Shown piece by piece: positions 56,857 to 64,000 of a stretch of 64,000 nucleotides of DNA. The stretch is taken from the NCBI GenBank assembly GCA_041664245.1, contig JBAYLC010000004.1, positions 16,932-80,931 of the forward strand. Direction: 5' to 3'. The stretch is from Minisyncoccota bacterium (GTDB lineage Bacteria; Patescibacteriota; Minisyncoccia; UBA6257; 2-01-FULL-56-20). Each line of letters starts with the position of its first letter. Position 1 is the first letter of the stretch. The notes beneath the pieces are model-generated. The model did no database searches and was not told where the DNA came from. It saw nothing but the letters and a program-made list of their open reading frames with translations. The translations under genes were made by a program, and so were the position numbers.

Positions 56857-57876
56857 CTAACCCCCTGTTTGGCAATTATACAAATGTCCCCAACAAAGAT
56901 GCCAATGATCAACTTCCCAATAATAATTCACTCCGTCGTTGCCCGTATACCAAGTATTCGGAACCGGAGTGCTTAAACCGATTTGAGAATACACGTAATT
57001 ATTAACGGACGGAGTGTTATCTATATCCACTCTGGCCTTTCCTGGTCCGTGGGTATTATGACCCACCTCCGTTCCGCCCGTCACAATTAAATCGCAACTC
57101 GGGCAAGCGTTTTTAATCGCCTTAAGTCCGTCAACTGCCGACCATGGCAATCCCAGCAAACTCGTACAACTAGGATTACTGATATCATTACAATTACCGC
57201 TACTATGGATTTTGATCCCCGCCGCCGTAAGTATCGCTCTAATCGTTGCGTCATCATTACCAGTCCCTCCAGGCAACTGCCCTGTTCCCGTTGCATTATT
57301 TCCCGTGCCGTTATTTCCAGTACCATTATTCCCCGTGCCATTATTTCCGGTGCCCGCCCCACCTAAACCACCGCTCCCCATCGGCGGCGGGGTACAAACA
57401 ACCGTTCCCCAACCGATCTTTCCTTGCCCCTGCCCAGCAAAAAGACCCAAACCCCAAATAAATGTATTAATAATTAAAAATGAACCTACACCAAGCGCCG
57501 CTCCAATAATCGCTCCAGTCAAAATTTTCTTTCCTCGCGATATCCCCGCTGGTGATCCCTTTTTCCCGCCCTCTAAAATAGTTGACGCTCCGCCACTTGT
57601 TAAAATTGTGAGTCCTCCCCACATCACCATGATCGGCACAATAATAAAAAGAAGAATGGTAAGCGCGAAATAAACCACTCTTTGCCCCAAATCCATCAAG
57701 TCGCATAAGCTCTGGCAAGATTGCTCTTGGCACTGCGGCGGCACCAAACCGTCAGTTGCCCAAAATCCGGCCGGCCAAAGAGAAACCTCTCCGTGCGCCA
57801 CTTGCGGCACTATCAAAAAAACCAGGAAAAAAATTCCGGTGAGCACTAAAGGAAAAAACTTCCAAAATTTTCCCAT
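56857..57876 (-). CDS. TrbC/VirB2-like pilin fused to a C-terminal putative Zn-metallopeptidase-like domain
   Basis: MVMWGGLTILTSGG...GKKILTGAIIG; (GTGNN)4 linker; TGGTEVGHNTHGPGKARVD...DHWH. Confidence 0.7.
   Translation of the reverse strand: MGKFWKFFPLVLTGIFFLVFLIVPQVAHGEVSLWPAGFWATDGLVPPQCQEQSCQSLCDLMDLGQRVVYFALTILLFIIVPIMVMWGGLTILTSGGASTILEGGKKGSPAGISRGKKILTGAIIGAALGVGSFLIINTFIWGLGLFAGQGQGKIGWGTVVCTPPPMGSGGLGGAGTGNNGTGNNGTGNNGTGNNATGTGQLPGGTGNDDATIRAILTAAGIKIHSSGNCNDISNPSCTSLLGLPWSAVDGLKAIKNACPSCDLIVTGGTEVGHNTHGPGKARVDIDNTPSVNNYVYSQIGLSTPVPNTWYTGNDGVNYYWEVDHWHLCWGHLYNCQTGG
57294..57353 (-). repeat. 15-bp tandem repeat x4 encoding a GTGNN linker
   Basis: cattatttcccgtgc-type units. Confidence 0.8.
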
Positions 57877-57896
57877 TAATATAAATTGTAGCACAT

Positions 57897-59204
57897 TTAA
57901 CTGCCCAACCTCGCCGCTTTCATCACCGCATTGATCTGATCCTGCGCCTGGCCCAAAGCCCTAAAAGAATCCGTTTGCCCCATTAGGACATTCGCAATCG
58001 CTCCTGAAAAAATATTTTTTATCTGCCGGTCATCGGCTTGCGCCCAAGAACGGGCAATGAGGGCTTGGCGGGCAAAAATTCCGATATCCGGATCATTTTT
58101 TTTCTCGTCAATAATTGATTTCAAAGCTGGCGACCGATTAGTGCCGCTAAGATAATCATGGGAAACCGCCGGCGTTGTGGCCAGATAAATAATAAAATCC
58201 CAAGCCGCCGCCGGCGCCCGGCTCTGTTTAGAAACAGTCAGTCCTCTATAGTTAGCATAAGCAATCGATCTTTCCGCTCCCGTCGGTTGGGGCGCCGCCG
58301 CGGCCGCAAAATTAAGAAATGGATTTTTATTCTTCACTAAATTAAACGTGCTTTGATATCCGAAAATCATCGCCGTTCCCTCGCTCGAAAAACTATCAAT
58401 CGCGTTTGGCTGGGTGTCACCCCATGTATAAAACTGGGAATAAGGATTAGCAAAGCTTAAATAAAAATTAAAAGCCGCCATCCCTTTCCCGTTCTTTCCA
58501 CCATCAGAAAAAACCGCCGCGTATCCCTTTTGGTCTAACATCTCGGTGCCATTTTGGAGCATAAGTAAATTTAGTAAATCCACTGCTCCCGGAATAGTTT
58601 TTTCTGACCCCCCAATTGCCGCGCCGGCTATTTTAATCCGGTCGCCGCTCTCAATTTTTCTAAGCGCCGCCACGTCCGATTGAAACTCATCCCAAGTTTT
58701 CGGCGGATAAACAATTCCTGCCTGGTCAAAAAAATCCTTGTTATATAGAAGCGAAAGCGTATCGATATAAAGCGGCAAAGCCCATATTCTTCCGTCTTGA
58801 ACAAAATCCTGCTCCACCACTTGCGGAAAATCCGATCTTAGCTGGGTCAGCAAATACTGTGTCGCCGCCGCTGGTTGCATTTTATTTTTTTGCCTTGCCA
58901 CCGATCGATTACCAACCATAAAGATATCCGGCCCAGTCCCGGCCGCTAACGCGTCAATAAGCAGGCTATCATAGTTAGTCTCGCTCACTTTTTGATACTT
59001 AACTTTTATGCCGGTGCGAGATTTTTGGTAGGATTCAATGGCTTTATCAAAAACCGGCTTATCATCAAAACCCCACATCAAAAGATTGGCCGGCGGCAAA
59101 ACCGGTCCGTTCTGGCGCAAATTAGAAAAAACAACTATCAGCAAAACAATGATAAAAATAAAAACTCCTCCAATAATCAAAACTTGTTTTTTCGAAAACT
59201 TCAT
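57897..59204 (-). CDS. Extracellular solute-binding protein (family 1, sugar ABC type), N-terminal TM anchor
   Basis: AAGTGPDIF, WALPLYIDTLSLLYNKDFF, PPKTWDEF, AAWDFIIYL. Confidence 0.85.
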   Translation of the reverse strand: MKFSKKQVLIIGGVFIFIIVLLIVVFSNLRQNGPVLPPANLLMWGFDDKPVFDKAIESYQKSRTGIKVKYQKVSETNYDSLLIDALAAGTGPDIFMVGNRSVARQKNKMQPAAATQYLLTQLRSDFPQVVEQDFVQDGRIWALPLYIDTLSLLYNKDFFDQAGIVYPPKTWDEFQSDVAALRKIESGDRIKIAGAAIGGSEKTIPGAVDLLNLLMLQNGTEMLDQKGYAAVFSDGGKNGKGMAAFNFYLSFANPYSQFYTWGDTQPNAIDSFSSEGTAMIFGYQSTFNLVKNKNPFLNFAAAAAPQPTGAERSIAYANYRGLTVSKQSRAPAAAWDFIIYLATTPAVSHDYLSGTNRSPALKSIIDEKKNDPDIGIFARQALIARSWAQADDRQIKNIFSGAIANVLMGQTDSFRALGQAQDQINAVMKAARLGS

Positions 59205-59244
59205 AATTTAAATTTTCAATACCTAATATCTATAACCTAAACAT

Positions 59245-61686
59245 TTAAATAACCACCACCCCCGCCAACCTATCTCCAGATTTTAGATTCATAATTTTCA
59301 CTCCTTGAGCCGCTCGGCCGGTATTTCTAACGCTTTTAAGCGGTGTTCTTATAATCTGCCCCTTCGCCGAAAGCGCCAAAATTTCTTCCTCGTTAGTTAT
59401 CACTTTACTGGAAACCACTATTCCTGTTTTTGAAGTTATCTTTGCTGTCTTAATGCCCGAACCTCCTCGGCTCTGCACTTTATACTCCGAAAGCTTTGTC
59501 TGCTTAGCGAACCCATTTGCCATCACCACCAAAAACCGCGCTGTTTTCATTGCCTCCTTATCCTCCTCGTTAATTATATCAAACCCAGCCACCACGTCGC
59601 CTTTTCTCAAACGCACCGCTCTCACGCCCGCTGCTGTTCTTCCCATCGCCCTTATTTGTGATTCCTTGAATCTTATCGCCTGCCCATTCTTAGTCGTCAA
59701 AATAATCTGATCCTTTCCGCTTGAAATTCTCACCCAACCCAAAAAATCGTCTTTTTTAAGATCAATCGCAATTATTCCCGTCCTCCGAATATTTTGAAAA
59801 TCCGCCACCCTCGTTTTTTTAACCAGCCCGTCTTTTGTGACCATCACCAAAAATCCGCCGCTATCTTTTCCGCCCTTGATATCTGAATAGCTCACAATCG
59901 CGCTTACCTTTTCCGTTGTCGGTAGTTCAAGAAAATTATGGACGGCTTTCCCTTTTGACGTCCGGCTGGCCACCGGAATATCATAGGCTTTAGTTTGGAA
60001 AACTCTCCCCCGGTCAGTAAAAAACAAAAGATTGTCGTGCGTGTTAGCGCCCAAAAAATGAGTTAAGAAATCGTCTTCTGCCACCTCTGAACCGATTAAT
60101 CCTTTGCCGCCTCGATGTTGACTCTTAAACGAAGTCGGTGGCATCCGTTTTATATACCCCCCCGCGGAAAGCGAAATCACCGCTTCTTCCTGTGGCACTA
60201 AATCTTCTTCTCTAAAAGCGGTGACGCCCGCTCCAACCACTTTCGTCCTCCGCTCGTCGCCATATTTTGATTTCAATTCCGCTAATTCTTCCTTGATAAT
60301 TTTCAAAATCCGCGTTGGACCCTTTAAAATTAAATTCAACTCTTTTATTAGCTCCAATTTTTCTTTAAGCTCGCTCTCAATTTTCTCCCGCTCCAACGCC
60401 GCTAATGCTTGCAACCTCATTTCCAAAATCGCCACCGCTTGAATCTCGGAAAATTTAAAATTCTTTATTAAGTTAACTTTTGCCTCTTCCCGATTCGCTG
60501 ATCTTTTAATCGTTGAGATAATTTTATCAATCGCATTAAGCGCCATCGCTAAACCAGTTAAAATATGTGCCCGCTCTTCCGCTTTCCTCAAATCAAATTC
60601 CGTTCGGCGCCGAACGACAATTTTTCTATAAGCCAAATAATAATTAAGAATTTCCGCAAGTGATAAAAGTCGCGGCTGAATTCCATCAACAAGTGCAATC
60701 ATATTCAAATTAAAATTCTTCTGAAGGTCGGTGTGTTTGTAGAGTTGGTTTAAGATTTTCTGCGGTGGCACATCATTTTTAAGCTCAATCACGATCCTTA
60801 GGCCTTCTCTCCCTGATTCGTCCCGAAGATCTCGAATCCCCTCAATTTTTTTATCAGTTACCAACTCCGCCATATGTTTGATCAACTCCGACTTGTTTAC
60901 TTGGTAAGGAATTTCAGTAATCACAATCTCGCAACTTCGGCTCTTTTTTTCCACCACCTCCGCCACCGCCCGAGTCATGATCGACCCCTTGCCGGTAACG
61001 TAAGCTTCCCTAATCGCCCCCGAGTCAAAAATTATCCCTCCAGTTGGAAAATCCGGCCCCTTCACAAATTTAAGCAAGTCCTCCGAAGAAGCCTCCGGAT
61101 TTTCAATCAAAAAATTAATTGCTTCGATTATTTCGCTTAAATTATGAGGCGGAATATTAGTCGTCATTCCAACCGCAATTCCCAAACTTCCATTTAAAAG
61201 CAAATTAGGAAGTTTCGCTGGCAATACTTTCGGTTCTTGCCGGCTGCCGTCATAATTCGGCTGCCAATCAACCGTTTCTTTTTCAATATCAATAAGAAGT
61301 TCTTGGGAAATTTTAGCCAGCTTCGTTTCGGTATACCTCATCGCCGCCGCCGAATCACCGTCGATTGAACCAAAGTTTCCCTGTCCCTGAATCAACGGAT
61401 ACCGCAAAGAAAAATCCTGTGCCATTCGAACCAAAGTATCATAAATCGCCATATCGCCGTGAGGATGATATTTACCCATTACTTCACCGACAATGTTGGC
61501 CGATTTTTTGAATTTCGCGTCCGCCGTAGAACCGCTATCCCACATTCCCCAAAAAATTCTCCGCTGGACCGGTTTTAATCCGTCCCGCACATCCGGCAAA
61601 GCGCGGCTCACGATAACCGACATCGCGTAATCCAAATACGACTCTTGGAGCTCTTTAACTATTTCTCTTTTATCAATTCTTCCCAT
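59245..61686 (-). CDS. gyrA: DNA gyrase subunit A
   Basis: [29 protein letters not shown], GyrA box QHRGGKG, beta-pinwheel repeats. Confidence 0.98.
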   Translation of the reverse strand: MGRIDKREIVKELQESYLDYAMSVIVSRALPDVRDGLKPVQRRIFWGMWDSGSTADAKFKKSANIVGEVMGKYHPHGDMAIYDTLVRMAQDFSLRYPLIQGQGNFGSIDGDSAAAMRYTETKLAKISQELLIDIEKETVDWQPNYDGSRQEPKVLPAKLPNLLLNGSLGIAVGMTTNIPPHNLSEIIEAINFLIENPEASSEDLLKFVKGPDFPTGGIIFDSGAIREAYVTGKGSIMTRAVAEVVEKKSRSCEIVITEIPYQVNKSELIKHMAELVTDKKIEGIRDLRDESGREGLRIVIELKNDVPPQKILNQLYKHTDLQKNFNLNMIALVDGIQPRLLSLAEILNYYLAYRKIVVRRRTEFDLRKAEERAHILTGLAMALNAIDKIISTIKRSANREEAKVNLIKNFKFSEIQAVAILEMRLQALAALEREKIESELKEKLELIKELNLILKGPTRILKIIKEELAELKSKYGDERRTKVVGAGVTAFREEDLVPQEEAVISLSAGGYIKRMPPTSFKSQHRGGKGLIGSEVAEDDFLTHFLGANTHDNLLFFTDRGRVFQTKAYDIPVASRTSKGKAVHNFLELPTTEKVSAIVSYSDIKGGKDSGGFLVMVTKDGLVKKTRVADFQNIRRTGIIAIDLKKDDFLGWVRISSGKDQIILTTKNGQAIRFKESQIRAMGRTAAGVRAVRLRKGDVVAGFDIINEEDKEAMKTARFLVVMANGFAKQTKLSEYKVQSRGGSGIKTAKITSKTGIVVSSKVITNEEEILALSAKGQIIRTPLKSVRNTGRAAQGVKIMNLKSGDRLAGVVVI

Positions 61687-61735
61687 TTGTTTTTTTAAAA
61701 ATAATTTTCATTAATTGTTGATTATCAATCATTCG

Positions 61736-62023
61736 TTACTTAATAATATATTCCCGGGGTTGGCTAAAAATATTCCCTATCAAACTTCTCGCTGTATCAA
61801 AAACGGCTGCCACCGCATTCTTTGCTGTTTCCAAGAAAGAGAAGCCCCCGATTTTCTGGAGCGGTGGCTCCTGAGGCAAACTAAGTGTGAAGATAAGATT
61901 GTTAAAATAACCAATCCAAATATAAATTACAATCGCGATGATCACTGTTGCGCTTCCAATCATCCAACGCTTTTTTGTTTGGTCATCTGACGACTGAAGT
62001 CTTTCTAAGAATTTTCTAAACAT
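61736..62023 (-). CDS. Small single-TM hypothetical protein
   Basis: 95 aa, one TM, in operon order between the MBL gene and gyrA. Confidence 0.65.
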   Translation of the reverse strand: MFRKFLERLQSSDDQTKKRWMIGSATVIIAIVIYIWIGYFNNLIFTLSLPQEPPLQKIGGFSFLETAKNAVAAVFDTARSLIGNIFSQPREYIIK

Positions 62024-62037
62024 TTCTATTTATAAAA

Positions 62038-62616
62038 CTAAACGTTCTCTTTTAGTAAAATTACCTGCATCTTCCCTAACTCCAAATCTTTTTTCTTAAA
62101 AACAAATTTATCCTGCGTTGTTATGTTCTGGCCAAAAACTTTGGAAACCAGTTTTTCATCAGCCGAAAAAGTTGGAATTACCACCGCTGGCTCCAATTGC
62201 TTCACCATTTTCAAAACATCTTCCTGATTTAAATAACTTCCGCCAAAAGGAACAAAAACAATACTAGGATCATTGAAATTTTCTAAAATTTCCGCCGACG
62301 GCATTTTTTTAGTCGCCCCCAAAAACACAAAACTAATATCCTCCCACTTAATCAAATAAGCGGTCTTTATTGATTTTTGATTTGACTCATCCGGAATCAT
62401 CCACCCAGTAATTTCAATTCCCTGAACCTCGTATTCTCCGGGAACGGTTATCTCACCTATTTGATTAAGATTTAAGTGCGCCAAATCAGTCTCCGTTTTT
62501 AAAACCACATCGGCTTTTAAGCGATTATTTGGAGGGTTAATTAAAACCGATAAACTGCCGTTTTGAAGGCGAAAACCGCCTTCACCGCAATAATTTATAA
62601 CCATCAGTTCCATCAT
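62038..62616 (-). CDS. Metallo-beta-lactamase-fold protein (Lactamase_B_3-like), metal motif degenerate
   Basis: INYCGEGGFRL, PGEYEVQGIEITG, VPFGG, LEPAVVIP. Confidence 0.75.
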   Translation of the reverse strand: MMELMVINYCGEGGFRLQNGSLSVLINPPNNRLKADVVLKTETDLAHLNLNQIGEITVPGEYEVQGIEITGWMIPDESNQKSIKTAYLIKWEDISFVFLGATKKMPSAEILENFNDPSIVFVPFGGSYLNQEDVLKMVKQLEPAVVIPTFSADEKLVSKVFGQNITTQDKFVFKKKDLELGKMQVILLKENV

Positions 62617-62650
62617 TTTATCAGAGAAAATCGCCTTTGGGAAGCCGAAA

Positions 62651-62679
62651 TTGACTATCCCGATTCAATAACCTATAAT
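62651..62679 (+). promoter_or_regulatory. Consensus sigma70 promoter of rpsA
   Basis: TTGACT-17 bp-TATAAT. Confidence 0.8.
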
Positions 62680-62694
62680 CAGCTAATCTAAAAA

Positions 62695-63786
62695 ATGATA
62701 GCTAACAACAAAAAGATTTCCCCCGTCATCAACCAACTTCTCAAATCGGGAACAGTTAATTTAAACGGCCCCCGGGAAGGCGACGTGGTGGAAGCCGAAC
62801 TCATCTCTAAAGATGGCCGCCAGGCATTTTTTGACATTGGGAGCTTCGGCACCGGCATTATCTACGGCTCCGAATTTTCCAATGCTAAAAATATAATCAA
62901 AAATCTCCAGCCCGGCGACCGCCTTCCGGCTAAAATTGTTAACCTTGACGGCGAAGCCGGCTATGTTGAACTCTCACTTTCTGAAGCCGACAAACAACAA
63001 ATTTGGCAGCAAATCAAAGAACTTCAAGAATCGGGCGAAATCGTAAAAACCAAGGTTACTGGAGTAAATAGCGGCGGCTTAACTGTGAACATTCTCAATC
63101 TCAAAGCCTTTCTTCCGGTTTCCCAACTCTCAAATAATCACCAACCTAAAGTAACCGACGGCGATAAGCAAAAAGTAATCGAGGAGCTCAAAAAAATTAT
63201 CGGCGAAGAGTTGAGCGTCAAAATAATTGACGTTAACCCTCGCGGTAATAAGTTAATAGTTTCAGAACGGGAAACCGCCAGCGTTAATGTTAAAGAACTG
63301 CTCACAAAATACGAAATCGGCCAAGAAGTTGACGGACTAGTTTCCGGCATTGCCGACTTCGGAGTTTTCGTTCGCTTTGTCGACAATCCAGACATTGAAG
63401 GCATGATTCATATTTCCGAATTGAGCCATCACTTAGTTGATAATCCAAAAGAAATAGTTAAATTAAACGACGCCATTCGGGTAAAAATCATCAACATTCG
63501 AGACGGTCGCGTTCTCTTGTCACTAAAAGCGCTCCAGTCAAATCCTTGGGAAAAAATAACCGAAGAATATGAGGCTGGAAAAGAAATAGCAGGTCAGGTC
63601 TATAAATTCACTCCTTTCGGCGCGATAATCAATTTAGGTAAAGAAATTCAAGGCATGATTCACGTTTCCAAATTCGAAAGTTCTGAGGATATGAAAAATA
63701 AACTCGCCCTAAATCAAGATCATAAATTTATAATCGAATCAGTTAATAAGGAAGAAAAACGCCTCACCTTGGATTTGAAAAAGTAG
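62695..63786 (+). CDS. rpsA: 30S ribosomal protein S1 (four S1 domains)
   Basis: AFLPVSQLS, DFGVFV..EGMIHISELS, LSLKAL..NPW, PFGAII..GMIHVS. Confidence 0.9.
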   Translation: MIANNKKISPVINQLLKSGTVNLNGPREGDVVEAELISKDGRQAFFDIGSFGTGIIYGSEFSNAKNIIKNLQPGDRLPAKIVNLDGEAGYVELSLSEADKQQIWQQIKELQESGEIVKTKVTGVNSGGLTVNILNLKAFLPVSQLSNNHQPKVTDGDKQKVIEELKKIIGEELSVKIIDVNPRGNKLIVSERETASVNVKELLTKYEIGQEVDGLVSGIADFGVFVRFVDNPDIEGMIHISELSHHLVDNPKEIVKLNDAIRVKIINIRDGRVLLSLKALQSNPWEKITEEYEAGKEIAGQVYKFTPFGAIINLGKEIQGMIHVSKFESSEDMKNKLALNQDHKFIIESVNKEEKRLTLDLKK

Positions 63787-63853
63787 GTTTCTATTCTCGT
63801 CCTCTTTATTGGGGGTTCACTTATTCGAAACTATAGAGTAAAATTTTCGCTAG

Positions 63854-63928
63854 GCCTGGGTAGCTCAGTGGCAGAGCGCAGCCCTGAAGAGGCTGGCGTC
63901 CGGTGTTCGATTCACCGCCCAGGCACCA
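63854..63928 (+). tRNA. tRNA-Phe(GAA)
   Basis: GCCTGGGTAGCTCAGTGGCAGAGC; anticodon arm CAGCC-CTGAAGA-GGCTG; ends in ACCA. Confidence 0.95.
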
Positions 63929-63930
63929 AT

Positions 63931-63964
63931 AAAAAAACAACCCTTTGATTGGGGTTGTTTTTTT
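63931..63964 (+). terminator. Intrinsic terminator after tRNA-Phe
   Basis: aaaaaaacaaccc-tttgattg-gggttgttttttt. Confidence 0.85.
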
Positions 63965-64000
63965 ATTGCCTAGATTATCCTGTTAAATTTTCGGCTTTCT

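Noticed and set aside
57294-57353. Short repeats as a CRISPR array or DGR template/variable repeat
   Set aside because: Coding linker repeats with no spacers; no cas or reverse transcriptase gene in the window
1-64000. Alternative genetic code (UGA read as Gly, code 25)
   Set aside because: Conserved genes are full length under code 11, and several (dprA, pnp) end in TGA at the expected position

Overview
A gene-dense, AT-rich 64-kb chromosomal segment using standard code 11 (TGA is a stop), most consistent with a Patescibacteria/CPR (Parcubacteria-like) genome; the taxonomy is inferred from gene content and protein style. Core genes are hisS (partial), lepB, pth, dprA, topA, a RelA/SpoT homologue, parA/parB, rpsR, nusG, secE, gyrB, clpB, htrA, iscS, ftsK, a rodZ-like gene, recA, pnp, rpsO, a Xer recombinase, gyrA and rpsA, plus five tRNAs. 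Surface-structure loci are a type IV pilus cluster (1.6-12.4 kb), a large S-layer-like protein next to an O-antigen-ligase/TPR gene, and a tandem array of four TrbC/VirB2-like pilins. No rRNA, CRISPR array, transposase or prophage was seen. The most unusual observations are: (1) a ~500-nt minus-strand unit between rodZ and recA, packed with Shine-Dalgarno motifs that chain 9-21-aa micro-ORFs and closed by a terminator, in a window whose core genes look leaderless or SD-free; (2) an AAGGTCGA motif plus DnaA-box-like 9-mers upstream of three surface-structure genes; (3) dispersed degenerate 7- to 9-mer tandem arrays after stop codons and in frame inside iscS; (4) pilin fusions, one to a putative Zn-peptidase and one to a multi-TM anchor; (5) several enzymes with substituted catalytic motifs. 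All calls come from reading the sequence by eye; no searches were run.
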